From positions 1,091-65,090 of the forward strand of contig DBHM01000006.1 in NCBI GenBank assembly GCA_002296185.1: a stretch of DNA of 64,000 nt, read 5' to 3'. Below, piece after piece: positions 1-10,384 of the stretch. Source of the DNA: Alphaproteobacteria bacterium UBA828. Its GTDB lineage: Bacteria; Pseudomonadota; Alphaproteobacteria; UBA828. The notes below the pieces were generated by a model, which was not told the DNA's origin, did no database searches, and saw nothing but the letters and a program-made list of their open reading frames with translations. Position 1 is the first letter of the stretch. Every line of letters begins with the position of its first letter. The translations under genes and the position numbers were made by a program.

Positions 1-678
1 CAGAAGGAGAACTGTGGGTACAACCTCATTAACATTCCCTGGTCTTCCTATAGGTAAAGAGCGTTCCTTTGCAGCTCGCCATTCTTCTGGAATATCCATA
101 TAAAGAGGCGTATCTATAGGGCCAGGACAAATAGAATTTACTGTAATACCGTAATCAATAAGTTCATATGCTAGTGCTCGCGAGAAAGATAAAACCCCTC
201 CCTTAGAAGCACAATAATGTACCATTGTTGGCGCACCTTTGTGAGCAAGCTGTGAAGAAAAATTTATTATTCTCCCCCACCCCTTTCCCTTCATTCCTTT
301 TATTACCTCGCGTGAACAAAGAAACATAGACCGCAAATTGACTCTGATCATATTATCCCAAAGATCTAAACTCATGTCCTCAAGAAGAGAGGTAGTATCT
401 ATTCCGGCATTATTAACAAGAATATCAACTTCACCGAGTGACCCTCTCACCTTAGAAAAAGCATCTGGGACAGAAATTTCATTTCCTACATCAGCCTCTA
501 TAGAAATAGCTATACCACCACGCCCTTTAATATTTTCAGACACCTTTTCAACAGCATCAATATCTTGGTCAATGAGAGCAACAGACGCTCCTTCATCAGC
601 AAATGCTTGAGCTACACCTTGCCCTAGTCCACTACCAGCCCCTGTAACAACAGCAATTTTTCCCTGCAAAATACTCAT
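1..678 (-). CDS. short-chain dehydrogenase/reductase (SDR); 3' end cut by window edge
   Basis: Not in the ORF track because it runs off the window. My reverse-strand translation from ATG at 678-676 reads MSILQGKIAVVTGAGSGLGQGVAQAFADEGASVALID... The TGxxxGxG Rossmann motif, NNAG and YCASK (YxxxK) are present, and the frame stays open to base 1. Confidence 0.85.
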   Translation of the reverse strand, partial: MSILQGKIAVVTGAGSGLGQGVAQAFADEGASVALIDQDIDAVEKVSENIKGRGGIAISIEADVGNEISVPDAFSKVRGSLGEVDILVNNAGIDTTSLLEDMSLDLWDNMIRVNLRSMFLCSREVIKGMKGKGWGRIINFSSQLAHKGAPTMVHYCASKGGVLSFSRALAYELIDYGITVNSICPGPIDTPLYMDIPEEWRAAKERSLPIGRPGNVNEVVPTVLLL

Positions 679-754
679 AGTGATTTCTCCTATTCAGGAT
701 TAGAATCTAAATTAATTCTATTAAAAATATGTTTAGTCAAAATATTTATGTATA

Positions 755-1582
755 CTATTTAATTTTTTTCTTTGCTTTTTTAAGAAACTTTATCGTTGCA
801 CTAATTGTTTCCTCTGGACACTCAACAAGATCAGCATGACCAATATCTTTATACACCTTTAGTTCACAGTCTTTAATATTTTCAGCTACCCACTTTGAAC
901 CTGCGCCCTTTGGTCCAGTATACATTGGTGTCAACATATCTCGTGAAGCAGTAATTATTAGAGTTGGGTTCTTAATTTTTTTTACATCTTTTCTAAGATC
1001 CATATTCTCCATAGCGAGGCACGCTTGCACCACAGTTTGGGGGGAGTTTAACCCAACGACTGTACGGACCATATCTATTAGACCACTTCCATCAGGTCCA
1101 TCAAGAAAATCAGCTCCAACAGCTTGTGTTACAACGTGATCAGCAAACTCAGGACTACAACCCCAGCTTGTTGCCATATGACGCCAGGTCCTAAACATTA
1201 TTTTTCTCATAGTGTCACACTTTGCAAAAGCACAGTCACTAACTACACCAATACAACGATCTGGGTATTTTGCAGCAAACTTTAGAGCGATCATACCACC
1301 AGCAGATGTACCCATAACATGTGACCTCTCAATGTTCAGAGAATCAAGCAAGGCCGCCAAATCATCTGCCCAAAGATCTAAATCGTAGGACTGTAACGGT
1401 CTATCTGACTGCCCATACCCACGCTGATCATATGAAATTAATTGAAAATGCTTTGAAAGTCCCTCCCAAACCATTCCAAAATTTTGTCTACCGAATAAGG
1501 ACCCTCCAATTAACGCTAAAGGCTCGCCTTTACCCATTAGTTCATAGTAAATATTTATTCCGTTTGCTGATACCTTTGGCAT
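755..1582 (-). CDS. alpha/beta-fold hydrolase
   Basis: 275-aa ORF with a nucleophile elbow GxSxG (HVMGTSAGGMIAL). The length and a C-terminal His region (DIGHADL) are typical of the fold. Substrate unknown. Confidence 0.8.
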   Translation of the reverse strand: MPKVSANGINIYYELMGKGEPLALIGGSLFGRQNFGMVWEGLSKHFQLISYDQRGYGQSDRPLQSYDLDLWADDLAALLDSLNIERSHVMGTSAGGMIALKFAAKYPDRCIGVVSDCAFAKCDTMRKIMFRTWRHMATSWGCSPEFADHVVTQAVGADFLDGPDGSGLIDMVRTVVGLNSPQTVVQACLAMENMDLRKDVKKIKNPTLIITASRDMLTPMYTGPKGAGSKWVAENIKDCELKVYKDIGHADLVECPEETISATIKFLKKAKKKIK

Positions 1583-1793
1583 AATTATGTCCCCCTATTT
1601 ATTTATATACGTCCAATCAAGAAATTATTGATAATCAATAAAGATAGAATAATTCATTTAGTTACTAAATAATATGTTATAAATTATTAGCCTTTATTTT
1701 TAATATAAAAAATAAGTCGCAATTTAACATCAGAGTTCCAATGACTAAAGACACTATTTCAAATATAGTTAAGTTAAAAATTCGGTATCCGAG

Positions 1794-3422
1794 ATGATCA
1801 ACAGTAACTCACAATGCGATACCATAGGTCTTTTACCATGGCATGCAGCAAAACTTTTTGGAGATCAAGAAGCTTTATACTTTGAGGGAAAACGATGGAA
1901 TTTTAAAGAATTTTCCAAAGAAGTTGATGTTGTTGCTAAAGGACTGTTATCGCTAGGAATAAAGCCTCAAGACAAAGTTGCCCTGTGGATGGTTAATCGT
2001 GCAGAATGGCTTTTTTTAATGTACGCCACAGCTAAAATTGGTGCAATCTTGGTTCCACTTAACACACGTTATCGTTCTGAAGATGTAGCATATGCAGTCA
2101 AACAATCAGAAAGTATAGTCTGGATTGTGCAAGCTCAATCAGGACCAATTAATTTTTTAGATATGGTCTGTAAAAATCTTATAAATGTTAACAATTCAGA
2201 ACAAGGTCCTAGATGGAAGAAATTCCCAAATCTAAGTAAGGTCGTGATATTTAATGGGCCAACAAAACCCAATATGATGAATTGGGAAAAAATGTTAAAA
2301 AATGGAAAGAAAATATCAGAATCGACCCTAAATCAAAGGGCGCATGCGGTTAAAGAGAAAGATACATTCCTAATTGCTTACACCTCGGGAACTACCGGTA
2401 GTCCAAAAGGTGTTATGCATTGCCATAAGGTAATTAAGAATACAGCAGATAGGATTAATAGACTCAGAATTACTAACGATGATGTCATATTAAATAGCCT
2501 TCCCATGTTTCATCTATACGGCTACGGAGAGGGTGCAATAACGTCTATCATTAGCGGAGCAAAGCAGGTACTTACGGAGACCTTTAACGCTAATGAGAAT
2601 TTAACCCTAATCGAACAAGAATCGGTGACTATTATTCATGGATTTGATACGCACTATAAAGATATGATGGATAAACAGCTATCTAATCCCAGAATAATAT
2701 CAAGCTTAAGGCTTGGGACCTTTCCATCAGGCGCACCAAATTCTATTAGTATAGCACATAAAGCACAAAAAGAGCTGGTCCAAACAGTATCAGGTTGGGG
2801 CATGACCGAAACTTGGGCATTTGCAACCATATCTAATCCTGAAGACACAGAAGAACAACGTTGTCAGGCATCGGGATATCCTTTGCCAGGCATAGAAATA
2901 CGTATAGTTAATCCAGAAGATGGCAAAGATGTTGAAATTGGAAATCAAGGTGAGCTATGGGTAAAGAGCTATATGAATATGAAGGGTTATTTTAATAAAC
3001 CGCTAGAAACTCAAGAAGTTTTGACCAAAGATGGATGGTTAAGAACTGGGGATACCGCCATAATCCGCTCAGATGGCCATTTACAGTTTCTCGGTAGGTT
3101 CAAAGATATGTTAAAAGTGGGAGGTGAGAATGTTTCATCTTTAGAGATAGAAGCTTTTCTAAAAGGAATTAATGGGGTTGATCAAGTGGCGTTGGTTGGA
3201 TTGCCAGATGATAGACTACATGAAGTACCAGTAGCTATTATCGTTCCTGTAGAAAAATTTGAAATAACCATCGAAGATATCCAAATCTATTGCCGTAACC
3301 GTATAGCTAGTTTTAAAATACCTCACTATTTAATCTGTGTTGATAAATTACCAATGACACCTACAGGCAAAGTTCAAAAACACATATTAAGAGAACTTGC
3401 TATAAAGAGATTAAAAACCTGA
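1794..3422 (+). CDS. AMP-dependent synthetase/ligase (acyl-CoA synthetase family)
   Basis: 542-aa ORF with the AMP-binding signature YTSGTTGSPKGV, a GWLRTGD motif and a C-terminal PMTPTGKVQK catalytic-lysine region, as in ANL adenylating enzymes. Confidence 0.85.
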   Translation: MINSNSQCDTIGLLPWHAAKLFGDQEALYFEGKRWNFKEFSKEVDVVAKGLLSLGIKPQDKVALWMVNRAEWLFLMYATAKIGAILVPLNTRYRSEDVAYAVKQSESIVWIVQAQSGPINFLDMVCKNLINVNNSEQGPRWKKFPNLSKVVIFNGPTKPNMMNWEKMLKNGKKISESTLNQRAHAVKEKDTFLIAYTSGTTGSPKGVMHCHKVIKNTADRINRLRITNDDVILNSLPMFHLYGYGEGAITSIISGAKQVLTETFNANENLTLIEQESVTIIHGFDTHYKDMMDKQLSNPRIISSLRLGTFPSGAPNSISIAHKAQKELVQTVSGWGMTETWAFATISNPEDTEEQRCQASGYPLPGIEIRIVNPEDGKDVEIGNQGELWVKSYMNMKGYFNKPLETQEVLTKDGWLRTGDTAIIRSDGHLQFLGRFKDMLKVGGENVSSLEIEAFLKGINGVDQVALVGLPDDRLHEVPVAIIVPVEKFEITIEDIQIYCRNRIASFKIPHYLICVDKLPMTPTGKVQKHILRELAIKRLKT

Positions 3423-3478
3423 TAAAATACATTCTAACCAATTCTGTTAATCTACCATCAAGTTATAGGGGAATACTA

Positions 3479-4240
3479 ATGAGTAAAAGCTTTGATATAA
3501 ATATAGATTGTGGAGAAAGTCTAGGAAATTGGGTTATGGGTGCAGATGAAGCACTAATGCCACATGTAACAACAGCCAATGTTGCATGTGGGTTTCATGC
3601 TGGTGATCCAATTACTATGCAAAATACTATTAGATTAGCAAAAAATAATAATGTAGCTGTCGGTGCTCACCCCGGGCTCCCCGACTTGCTTGGATTTGGT
3701 AGACGCGTTATGTCATTAACTCCGGCAGAGATATACGCAATGACAGTATTCCAGGTCGGCTCATTAAAAGCAATGCTAGCTACAGAGTCCATGAATCTTC
3801 ATCATGTGAAGCCTCATGGGGCACTGTATCTAATGTTGAGTAAAGATGAAGAACTTGGAGAAGCATTTTGCAAAGCAATTATAGATACCAGTGAAAATCC
3901 TACGATATATTACCCAGCTCCAACTGAGCAACACGCCGTAATACAGGCTGCCAAACGAGCAGGAATTAAAATAGTTGGCGAATTATATTTTGATCTTGGC
4001 TACGCTGATGATGGTTCTTTAATAGTCAAACGTGCTAATGAGGGTGCCGATTTAGAAGATACATTAAAACGGCTGGAGTATTTTCTGTCTAACAATGAAG
4101 TAATTGCAGAAAGCGGCGCAAAAGTAAAACTTGAAGCTACCAGCATATGCCTACACGGAGATGGCCCTAATGCTGTCGATCTTGCAAAGACCATAGGAGA
4201 TGGTCTAAGGAATAATGGTTATGAGCTCGCCCCGCTGTAA
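3479..4240 (+). CDS. pxpA: 5-oxoprolinase subunit A (LamB/YcsF family)
   Basis: 253 aa. It has the N-terminal DINIDCGESLGNW, ACGFHAGDP and HVKPHGALY motifs characteristic of LamB/YcsF, and is followed directly by the B and C subunits. Confidence 0.85.
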   Translation: MSKSFDINIDCGESLGNWVMGADEALMPHVTTANVACGFHAGDPITMQNTIRLAKNNNVAVGAHPGLPDLLGFGRRVMSLTPAEIYAMTVFQVGSLKAMLATESMNLHHVKPHGALYLMLSKDEELGEAFCKAIIDTSENPTIYYPAPTEQHAVIQAAKRAGIKIVGELYFDLGYADDGSLIVKRANEGADLEDTLKRLEYFLSNNEVIAESGAKVKLEATSICLHGDGPNAVDLAKTIGDGLRNNGYELAPL

Positions 4241-4287
4241 AATATTAGAATTTAAAAAAACTTATAATTACTTGAATCAGAATTATT

Positions 4288-5166
4288 GTGATTTACAAAA
4301 AACCTAGATTTTCTCCCGGTGGGGATTGTTTTCTAATGATTGAGTTTGGTGACGATGGCGCGCTTGAACTCAACTTCATGGCCCTTGGTCTAATGCAGGC
4401 TATAGAACAATCTGAAATAGCTGGGATAATTGATAGTATACCTTCTTATAACTCACTTTTATTGGAATACGAACCAGATAAAATAAAACTTCCAGACCTT
4501 ACTGAAGAAATTCAAAACATTTTTGATAGCTTGGGTCCAATAAGTGACATAGAAATTAATAGTAGACTGGCATATCTTCCCTGCTGCTATCTTGATCCGT
4601 GGACAAAGGCAGCCATAGAAGATTATTGCCTGAAAGTAAATGAACGCGAGTTTGACCCTGATTTCGTTGCACGTATAAATGGTTTGGAGGACAAACATGA
4701 GCTAGTGAGAGTACACTCTAACACCGAGCATTGGGTGGCAAGTATTATGGCACTTCCTGGATGCGCACTTATGCGCCCCCTTGACCCAAGATGTTTGCTT
4801 GTCTCTCCAAAGTATAACCCCCCACGATTATGGACTCCAGCTAATGCAGTGTGCACAGGAGGTATGTCTACATCGATTCACACACTAAGAGTACCAGGCG
4901 GATATAACCTTATTGGCCGTACCCCTGTCCCAGTATATGAAGCTAACCCTACTTCGGATGCCTTCCGAAACGGAGTTTCACTTCTTCAACCTGGAGACCG
5001 AGTCAAATTTGTTCCTATCAGCGTCGAGGAATATAAATATATACGTTCACAAGTTAGATCAGATTCATATCAATATAATACAACTGATTATTCTAAGTTT
5101 TCAGTAAAGGAATGGGAGAAATGGTCTTTGTCTCTAACTAATCAAGGAAATACTAATGACCTATGA
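4288..5166 (+). CDS. pxpB: 5-oxoprolinase subunit B (KipI / allophanate hydrolase subunit 1 family)
   Basis: 292 aa with a GTG start and a KipI-like N-terminus (SPGGDCFLMIEFGD). Its position between pxpA and pxpC supports the call. The C-terminus looks about 45-50 aa longer than the homologues I remember. Confidence 0.75.
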   Translation: MIYKKPRFSPGGDCFLMIEFGDDGALELNFMALGLMQAIEQSEIAGIIDSIPSYNSLLLEYEPDKIKLPDLTEEIQNIFDSLGPISDIEINSRLAYLPCCYLDPWTKAAIEDYCLKVNEREFDPDFVARINGLEDKHELVRVHSNTEHWVASIMALPGCALMRPLDPRCLLVSPKYNPPRLWTPANAVCTGGMSTSIHTLRVPGGYNLIGRTPVPVYEANPTSDAFRNGVSLLQPGDRVKFVPISVEEYKYIRSQVRSDSYQYNTTDYSKFSVKEWEKWSLSLTNQGNTNDL

Positions 5167-6136
5167 CTTAGAAGTCATTAAACCTGGGCTTGAAACGACA
5201 ATTCAAGATTGGCCAGGTTTAAAGGGTGGCTTCAAATACGGTTTCAATAGATCCGGACCAATAGATCACTATTCATTCCGCATGGCTAATCTACTAGTAG
5301 GAAATCACCCCGGAGCACCAGGACTTGAGGTGCAGTTTATAGGACCGACTATTCGTTTCCTTTCTTCGCAGAAATTCGCGGTTACCGGCGCTGATATGGA
5401 AGCCAGCCTAGACGGTAATCCCCTACCCCTATGGGAAACACTTTCAGCGGAAGCGGGGCAAATACTCACCTTAGGGTCAGCAATAAAAGGAGCAAGATCT
5501 TATATAGCCTTTTCAGGTGGACTTAAGGCTAATTATTTTCTCGGATCTTACTCTACCCATACAATAGCTGAGGCAGGAGGATTTGATGGAAAGAAACTAG
5601 AGAAAGGGAATAAAATAACCATAAACCCCTCAAGTGTAATAGAAAAACTAACTCTACCAGATAAATATCAATCTATGTTTTCAAATAATGGCCAATGGAT
5701 AATTGAAATCGTACTTGGCCCTTCTAATGATTGGCTGAGTGAGGAAGGCATTGAGCTGTTTATCAACACCGATTGGATTGTTTCTCCTCGCTCTAACCGT
5801 ATGGGAATTAGGCTCGAAGGGCCGTCATTAAAATTTTCTGAGAGAGCAAAAAATAAAGCACCAGAACACGGCTCGCACCCATCAAACTGCGTAGATATAG
5901 GTTATCCATTTGGTGGAATAAATATTTGCGGAGATACTCCTGTCGTTCTCTTAAACGAAGGCTTAACTGGAGGAGGGTTTATCATACCATTTACAGTTGC
6001 AAGCTGTTCTCTCCCAAAACTAGCACAAGCTCGGCCACACGAAATTTTTAAGTTCAAAATTATATCAGTTGAAGAGGCACAAAACATTAGAAAAAATATT
6101 AATACGCTTTGTGAATCTAAGACCTTAAAATCATAA
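5156..6136 (+). CDS. pxpC: 5-oxoprolinase subunit C (KipA / allophanate hydrolase subunit 2 family)
   Basis: 326 aa with KipA-like motifs (LEVIKPGLETTIQDWPG, SNRMGIRLEG). It overlaps pxpB by 11 nt. Confidence 0.75.
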   Translation: MTYDLEVIKPGLETTIQDWPGLKGGFKYGFNRSGPIDHYSFRMANLLVGNHPGAPGLEVQFIGPTIRFLSSQKFAVTGADMEASLDGNPLPLWETLSAEAGQILTLGSAIKGARSYIAFSGGLKANYFLGSYSTHTIAEAGGFDGKKLEKGNKITINPSSVIEKLTLPDKYQSMFSNNGQWIIEIVLGPSNDWLSEEGIELFINTDWIVSPRSNRMGIRLEGPSLKFSERAKNKAPEHGSHPSNCVDIGYPFGGINICGDTPVVLLNEGLTGGGFIIPFTVASCSLPKLAQARPHEIFKFKIISVEEAQNIRKNINTLCESKTLKS

Positions 6137-6153
6137 CTTTAATTATTATCAAT

Positions 6154-7563
6154 TTAGTTCGGCTTTGAGTCTGACCAATCGCGAGCAGTTTGGAATATAT
6201 AACCAGCGCGACAAAGAAGACTTTCGCTCAAAGGTGAACCCATAAATTGTATTCCTATGGGGGCCCCATTCCCGTCAAAGCCTGCAGGCAATGAAATAGT
6301 AGGATTACCAGTTAAGTCAGCAATTGAAGTATATTTAATAAGACGTTCAACTGCATCCGCTGACTCCCCAATTTTAGCAAACTCAGCGACTGTAGGAATA
6401 GGATCAGGAAGAGTTAAGGTCATAATTAAGTCAACATCTTGATGTATTTTTTGCATCGCCCCACATAATTCTTTGCGGTGAATCGTTGCTTGAGCATACT
6501 CTGGCCCCGATATCTGCTCTCCGGCCTCTAAAAAACCACGTAATGTATCTGAATACTCATCAGCCCGGGAGGGAAATGTATTGCTATGAGCTACGACAGC
6601 TTCGGCAACACAAAGAGGTACCCATCCCCTAACAGCATCATCCGTATTTGGCATAGAAAACTCAACAATCTTCGCACCTGCTTTAGATAATGAATCTAAT
6701 GCACTATGAACAGCATCAGAAATAATTGAGTTTACACCGTTAGAACAATATGACTCGTCAAAACCAACCCTTAAACCTTCTACACCTTTATCTATTTCAG
6801 ATAAATAGTCCGGAACCTTCGCGGTAAGTGAAGTGGGATCAGATGCGTCATGACCAGCTATCACAGACAGTATAGCCGCAACATCCTCAACCTTCCTGGC
6901 CATTGGACCAACATGGTCTAAAGTATCAGATAGAGGGAAAATTCCAGACCTACTCACCCTCCCCCAGGTACCCTTAAGACCCACAATACCATTACAAAGA
7001 GAAGGAAAACGAATTGACCCCCCTGTATCACTTCCCAAAGACCCATATGTCAAACCTGCTGCTACGGAAACACCAGACCCACTAGATGATGCTCCAGACC
7101 ATCTATCATTTACCCACGGATTAACTGGCACAACAATATCTGGGTGATGCATTGCCAGAGCGCCTTCAGTCATTTGTAATTTTCCAAGCAAGATAGCTCC
7201 AGCTTCACGCAAACGAGATACAACGGTTGAATCTTCGGTAGGTATTCGATCTTGAAACATTGGCATTCCACAAGCTGTCAGAATTCCTTTAGTATCACAG
7301 AGATCCTTAACAGCAATTGGAACCCCATGAAGAGGGCCCCTAATTTTACCTGATTGAATTTCAGTATCTGCTGTTTTGGCAGCTGAAATTGCCATCTCAC
7401 TTATTACAGTCGCATATGAGTTATAGCGACGATCTAATCGCTCAATTCGTTCGAGAATATGGGAGGTGACATCAACAGAAGTGACCTCACCTGTTTGGAT
7501 TTTTCTCCCCACCTCGACTAACCCAAGAAAAGCTATATCATCCATATCTGCACCTAGATTCAT
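6154..7563 (-). CDS. amidase-signature (AS) family amidase
   Basis: 469 aa with a Gly/Ser-rich AS signature (SGASSSGSGVSVAAG...GSDTGGSIRFPS) and a PIAVKD catalytic-Lys region. Substrate unknown. Confidence 0.85.
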   Translation of the reverse strand: MNLGADMDDIAFLGLVEVGRKIQTGEVTSVDVTSHILERIERLDRRYNSYATVISEMAISAAKTADTEIQSGKIRGPLHGVPIAVKDLCDTKGILTACGMPMFQDRIPTEDSTVVSRLREAGAILLGKLQMTEGALAMHHPDIVVPVNPWVNDRWSGASSSGSGVSVAAGLTYGSLGSDTGGSIRFPSLCNGIVGLKGTWGRVSRSGIFPLSDTLDHVGPMARKVEDVAAILSVIAGHDASDPTSLTAKVPDYLSEIDKGVEGLRVGFDESYCSNGVNSIISDAVHSALDSLSKAGAKIVEFSMPNTDDAVRGWVPLCVAEAVVAHSNTFPSRADEYSDTLRGFLEAGEQISGPEYAQATIHRKELCGAMQKIHQDVDLIMTLTLPDPIPTVAEFAKIGESADAVERLIKYTSIADLTGNPTISLPAGFDGNGAPIGIQFMGSPLSESLLCRAGYIFQTARDWSDSKPN

Positions 7564-7855
7564 AAAAGGGGTTTTATATAAATTTTATTTAATAACCTAA
7601 AACACTTTTTTTAGATTATAAAGTCTATTAGCAATGCTTACCAACCCAGGGGTCAGGAATATGAATAATTTTGCTTAATTTATTTTTTCTTGTATAGTAG
7701 GATAGAACTAACGACCTTATGTAAAATATTGGAGTATATACATTTATTAGAGTTTTCCGGGGATTTACTAGTAATTATTTAATATGGTTTCGCTAAATAG
7801 CTGATACCTAAATATATAAATATAGACCACTTTGTAAAATAGGGGGTACTAGGAA

Positions 7856-10042
7856 ATGCCATCGGAAAAGAGTTATTTGAGCGTTAGTAATCTAAAAATC
7901 TCTTCAGATCTTTTTGATTTTGTAAATTCAGAGGTAATACCAGGTACTTTTGTTGATCGAGAAAATTTTTGGGAAGGCTTTAGCAAATTAATTCATGAAC
8001 TCTCTCCTGAAAATAAAAGTCTGCTTAAAAAGCGTGTAGACCTACAGAAGAAAATAGACTCTTGGCATATAAATACAAAATATAAACCATACAATCAAAG
8101 TGATTATATTAAATTTCTAAGGGATATTGGATATTTAGTTACAGAAGGACCGAATTTTAACATCCAAACTGAAAATGTGGACGAAGAGCTTTCAAAAATT
8201 TCCGGTCCACAATTAGTAGTCCCCTTAATAAACGCAAGATATTCTATCAATGCCGCTAACGCTAGGTGGGGCAGTCTTTATGATGCCCTTTATGGAACTG
8301 ATTCCATCCCAAGGGATTCCAAGTCTGATAAAAAAGAATACGATCCAGAACGAGGGAAAAAGGTAATTAAATGGTCAAAAGAATTCCTTGATGAATCTAT
8401 TCCCCTAATCGATGGAAGTCATCAAGATGCAACCTCATACAAAATTAATGACCAGCGGGTCTATATAACCTTAAGTAATGGAAAAAAAGTAGCTCTAAAA
8501 AATGAACAAAAGTTAATCGGATACACAGGGTCAGCTTCATTTCCAGAATCTATTTTGTTTAGAAATAATGGCCTACATATTCAAATAACATTTAATAAAG
8601 ACCACTCAGTAGGTAAAGATGATAAAGCTAATATAAGTGATATTATTCTTGAATCTGCAATTTCTACTATTATGGATTGTGAAGACTCAATTGCAGCTGT
8701 TGATTCAGAAGACAAAATTACAGTTTATAGAAACTGGCTAGGCCTGATGAAAGGTGACCTTAAAACTTCTTTCCAAAAAAATGGGAGAAATATTCAACGC
8801 TGTCTCAATAAAGATTTAATTTTCCAAGGAACTTGTGGATCTGAAATAACTATACCCGGACGCAGTACATTACTTATTCGTAATGTAGGTCATCTAATGA
8901 CTACAAATACAATTCTTCAGGATGATGGTTCTGAATCTCCTGAAGGAATTGTTGATGCAGTCATAACGTCTTTAATAGCCAAGCATGATCTTCTACAAAA
9001 CTCATTAGTAAAAAATAGCAAAACAGGCTCGATTTACATCGTAAAACCTAAAATGCATGGTCCTGATGAGGTCAGGTTTACAGATAAAATTTTCCAGTAT
9101 GTAGAAAAATTAATATCCCTACCTAGAAATACTTTAAAAATGGGAATTATGGATGAAGAACGGCGTACAAGTATCAATTTGAAAGAATGCATAAGAGCGG
9201 CTAAAAACCGTGTTGTCTTTATAAACACTGGATTTCTTGACCGTACAGGAGATGAAATCCATACATCTATGGAGGCAGGACCTATTATCAAAAAGGGTAA
9301 TATAAAGAAATGTGTTTGGATTAAAGCTTATGAAGATCGTAACGTTGATATTGGTTTATCCTGTGGACTTAAAGGTAAAGCACAGATAGGAAAAGGCATG
9401 TGGGCGATGCCCGACATGATGGCAGAAATGCTTAAATCCAAAATAGAACACCCTAAATCAGGTGCAACAACTGCCTGGGTGCCTTCACCCACTGCAGCAA
9501 CGCTTCACGCTACTCACTATCATAGGGTTAATGTTGAAGAATATCAGGATGTAATAAGTTCAAGAAAACATGCAAAAATAGAAGACCTTCTTACTATTCC
9601 ATTAGCAGAAGGAACTAACTGGTCTAGTGATGAAGTCCAAAGAGAATTAGAGAACAATATCCAAGGTATACTTGGATACGTTGTAAGATGGATAGATCAA
9701 GGAGTTGGATGCTCTAAAGTCCTAGATATAAATAATTTAGGATTAATGGAAGACAGAGCTACATTACGTATTTCCAGCCAACACATAGCTAATTGGCTGC
9801 GTCATGAGGTCTGTAGTGAAAATCAAGTGATAGAAACTTTAGAACGTATGGCTAAAGTAGTTGATAACCAGAACTCAAATGACCCTGAATACCAATTAAT
9901 GTCAAGAGACTTAAAAAATAATATTGCATTCAATGCTGCATCAGATCTTATTTTTGAAGGGGCAAAACAAACCAATGGATATACTGAACCAATACTTCAC
10001 AAATACAGGAGATATAAAAAAAACAATGATAGCATTAACTAA
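7856..10042 (+). CDS. glcB: malate synthase G
   Basis: 728 aa. The N-terminus (DLFDFVNSEVIPGT...FWEGFSKLIHELSPENKSLL) is collinear with the E. coli GlcB N-terminus as I recall it, and the length fits the G isoform. Confidence 0.9.
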   Translation: MPSEKSYLSVSNLKISSDLFDFVNSEVIPGTFVDRENFWEGFSKLIHELSPENKSLLKKRVDLQKKIDSWHINTKYKPYNQSDYIKFLRDIGYLVTEGPNFNIQTENVDEELSKISGPQLVVPLINARYSINAANARWGSLYDALYGTDSIPRDSKSDKKEYDPERGKKVIKWSKEFLDESIPLIDGSHQDATSYKINDQRVYITLSNGKKVALKNEQKLIGYTGSASFPESILFRNNGLHIQITFNKDHSVGKDDKANISDIILESAISTIMDCEDSIAAVDSEDKITVYRNWLGLMKGDLKTSFQKNGRNIQRCLNKDLIFQGTCGSEITIPGRSTLLIRNVGHLMTTNTILQDDGSESPEGIVDAVITSLIAKHDLLQNSLVKNSKTGSIYIVKPKMHGPDEVRFTDKIFQYVEKLISLPRNTLKMGIMDEERRTSINLKECIRAAKNRVVFINTGFLDRTGDEIHTSMEAGPIIKKGNIKKCVWIKAYEDRNVDIGLSCGLKGKAQIGKGMWAMPDMMAEMLKSKIEHPKSGATTAWVPSPTAATLHATHYHRVNVEEYQDVISSRKHAKIEDLLTIPLAEGTNWSSDEVQRELENNIQGILGYVVRWIDQGVGCSKVLDINNLGLMEDRATLRISSQHIANWLRHEVCSENQVIETLERMAKVVDNQNSNDPEYQLMSRDLKNNIAFNAASDLIFEGAKQTNGYTEPILHKYRRYKKNNDSIN

Positions 10043-10073
10043 TCAGACAGGTTATTGAAAAGTAGTCTTAATA

Positions 10074-10298
10074 CTAAGCACTAGAGTTCTTCTTTACAAA
10101 AGTTGCAGAATACCTGAGCTCACCTCTGAACATTGGATTAGGATCTCCCAAACCGTCTGTTTCGTAAAATCGATGCTTAACAATAGGCGTATCTATAGTA
10201 TATCCCTTCTCAGCCATCCTCTGACGATGGTATTCCATAGCTGCAGGAGTGAACTCCTTTGAAATAATGGTTATACTCTCTGTTCCTTCTGTATCCAT
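10074..10298 (-). CDS. hypothetical small protein (74 aa)
   Basis: A strong Shine-Dalgarno (AAGGAG) lies 7 nt upstream of the ATG. It is co-directional with, and 86 nt downstream of, the glxD-like gene. No recognisable motif. Confidence 0.45.
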   Translation of the reverse strand: MDTEGTESITIISKEFTPAAMEYHRQRMAEKGYTIDTPIVKHRFYETDGLGDPNPMFRGELRYSATFVKKNSSA

Positions 10299-10384
10299 CT
10301 AGAATGCTCCTTAAAATTTTTATATGTAATACTATTAACACAATAATAAAATACTGATGATCATAACTTAAACTTTAAACACAT

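Noticed and set aside
7564-7855. Possible glycine riboswitch in the 292-nt leader of malate synthase G. SAR11-type genomes are known to place one upstream of glcB.
   Set aside because: I read both strands for the conserved aptamer cores (GGAGAG ... CACCGAAGGGGCAA-type boxes) and found nothing resembling them. The region is simply AT-rich. A covariance-model scan would be the decisive check.
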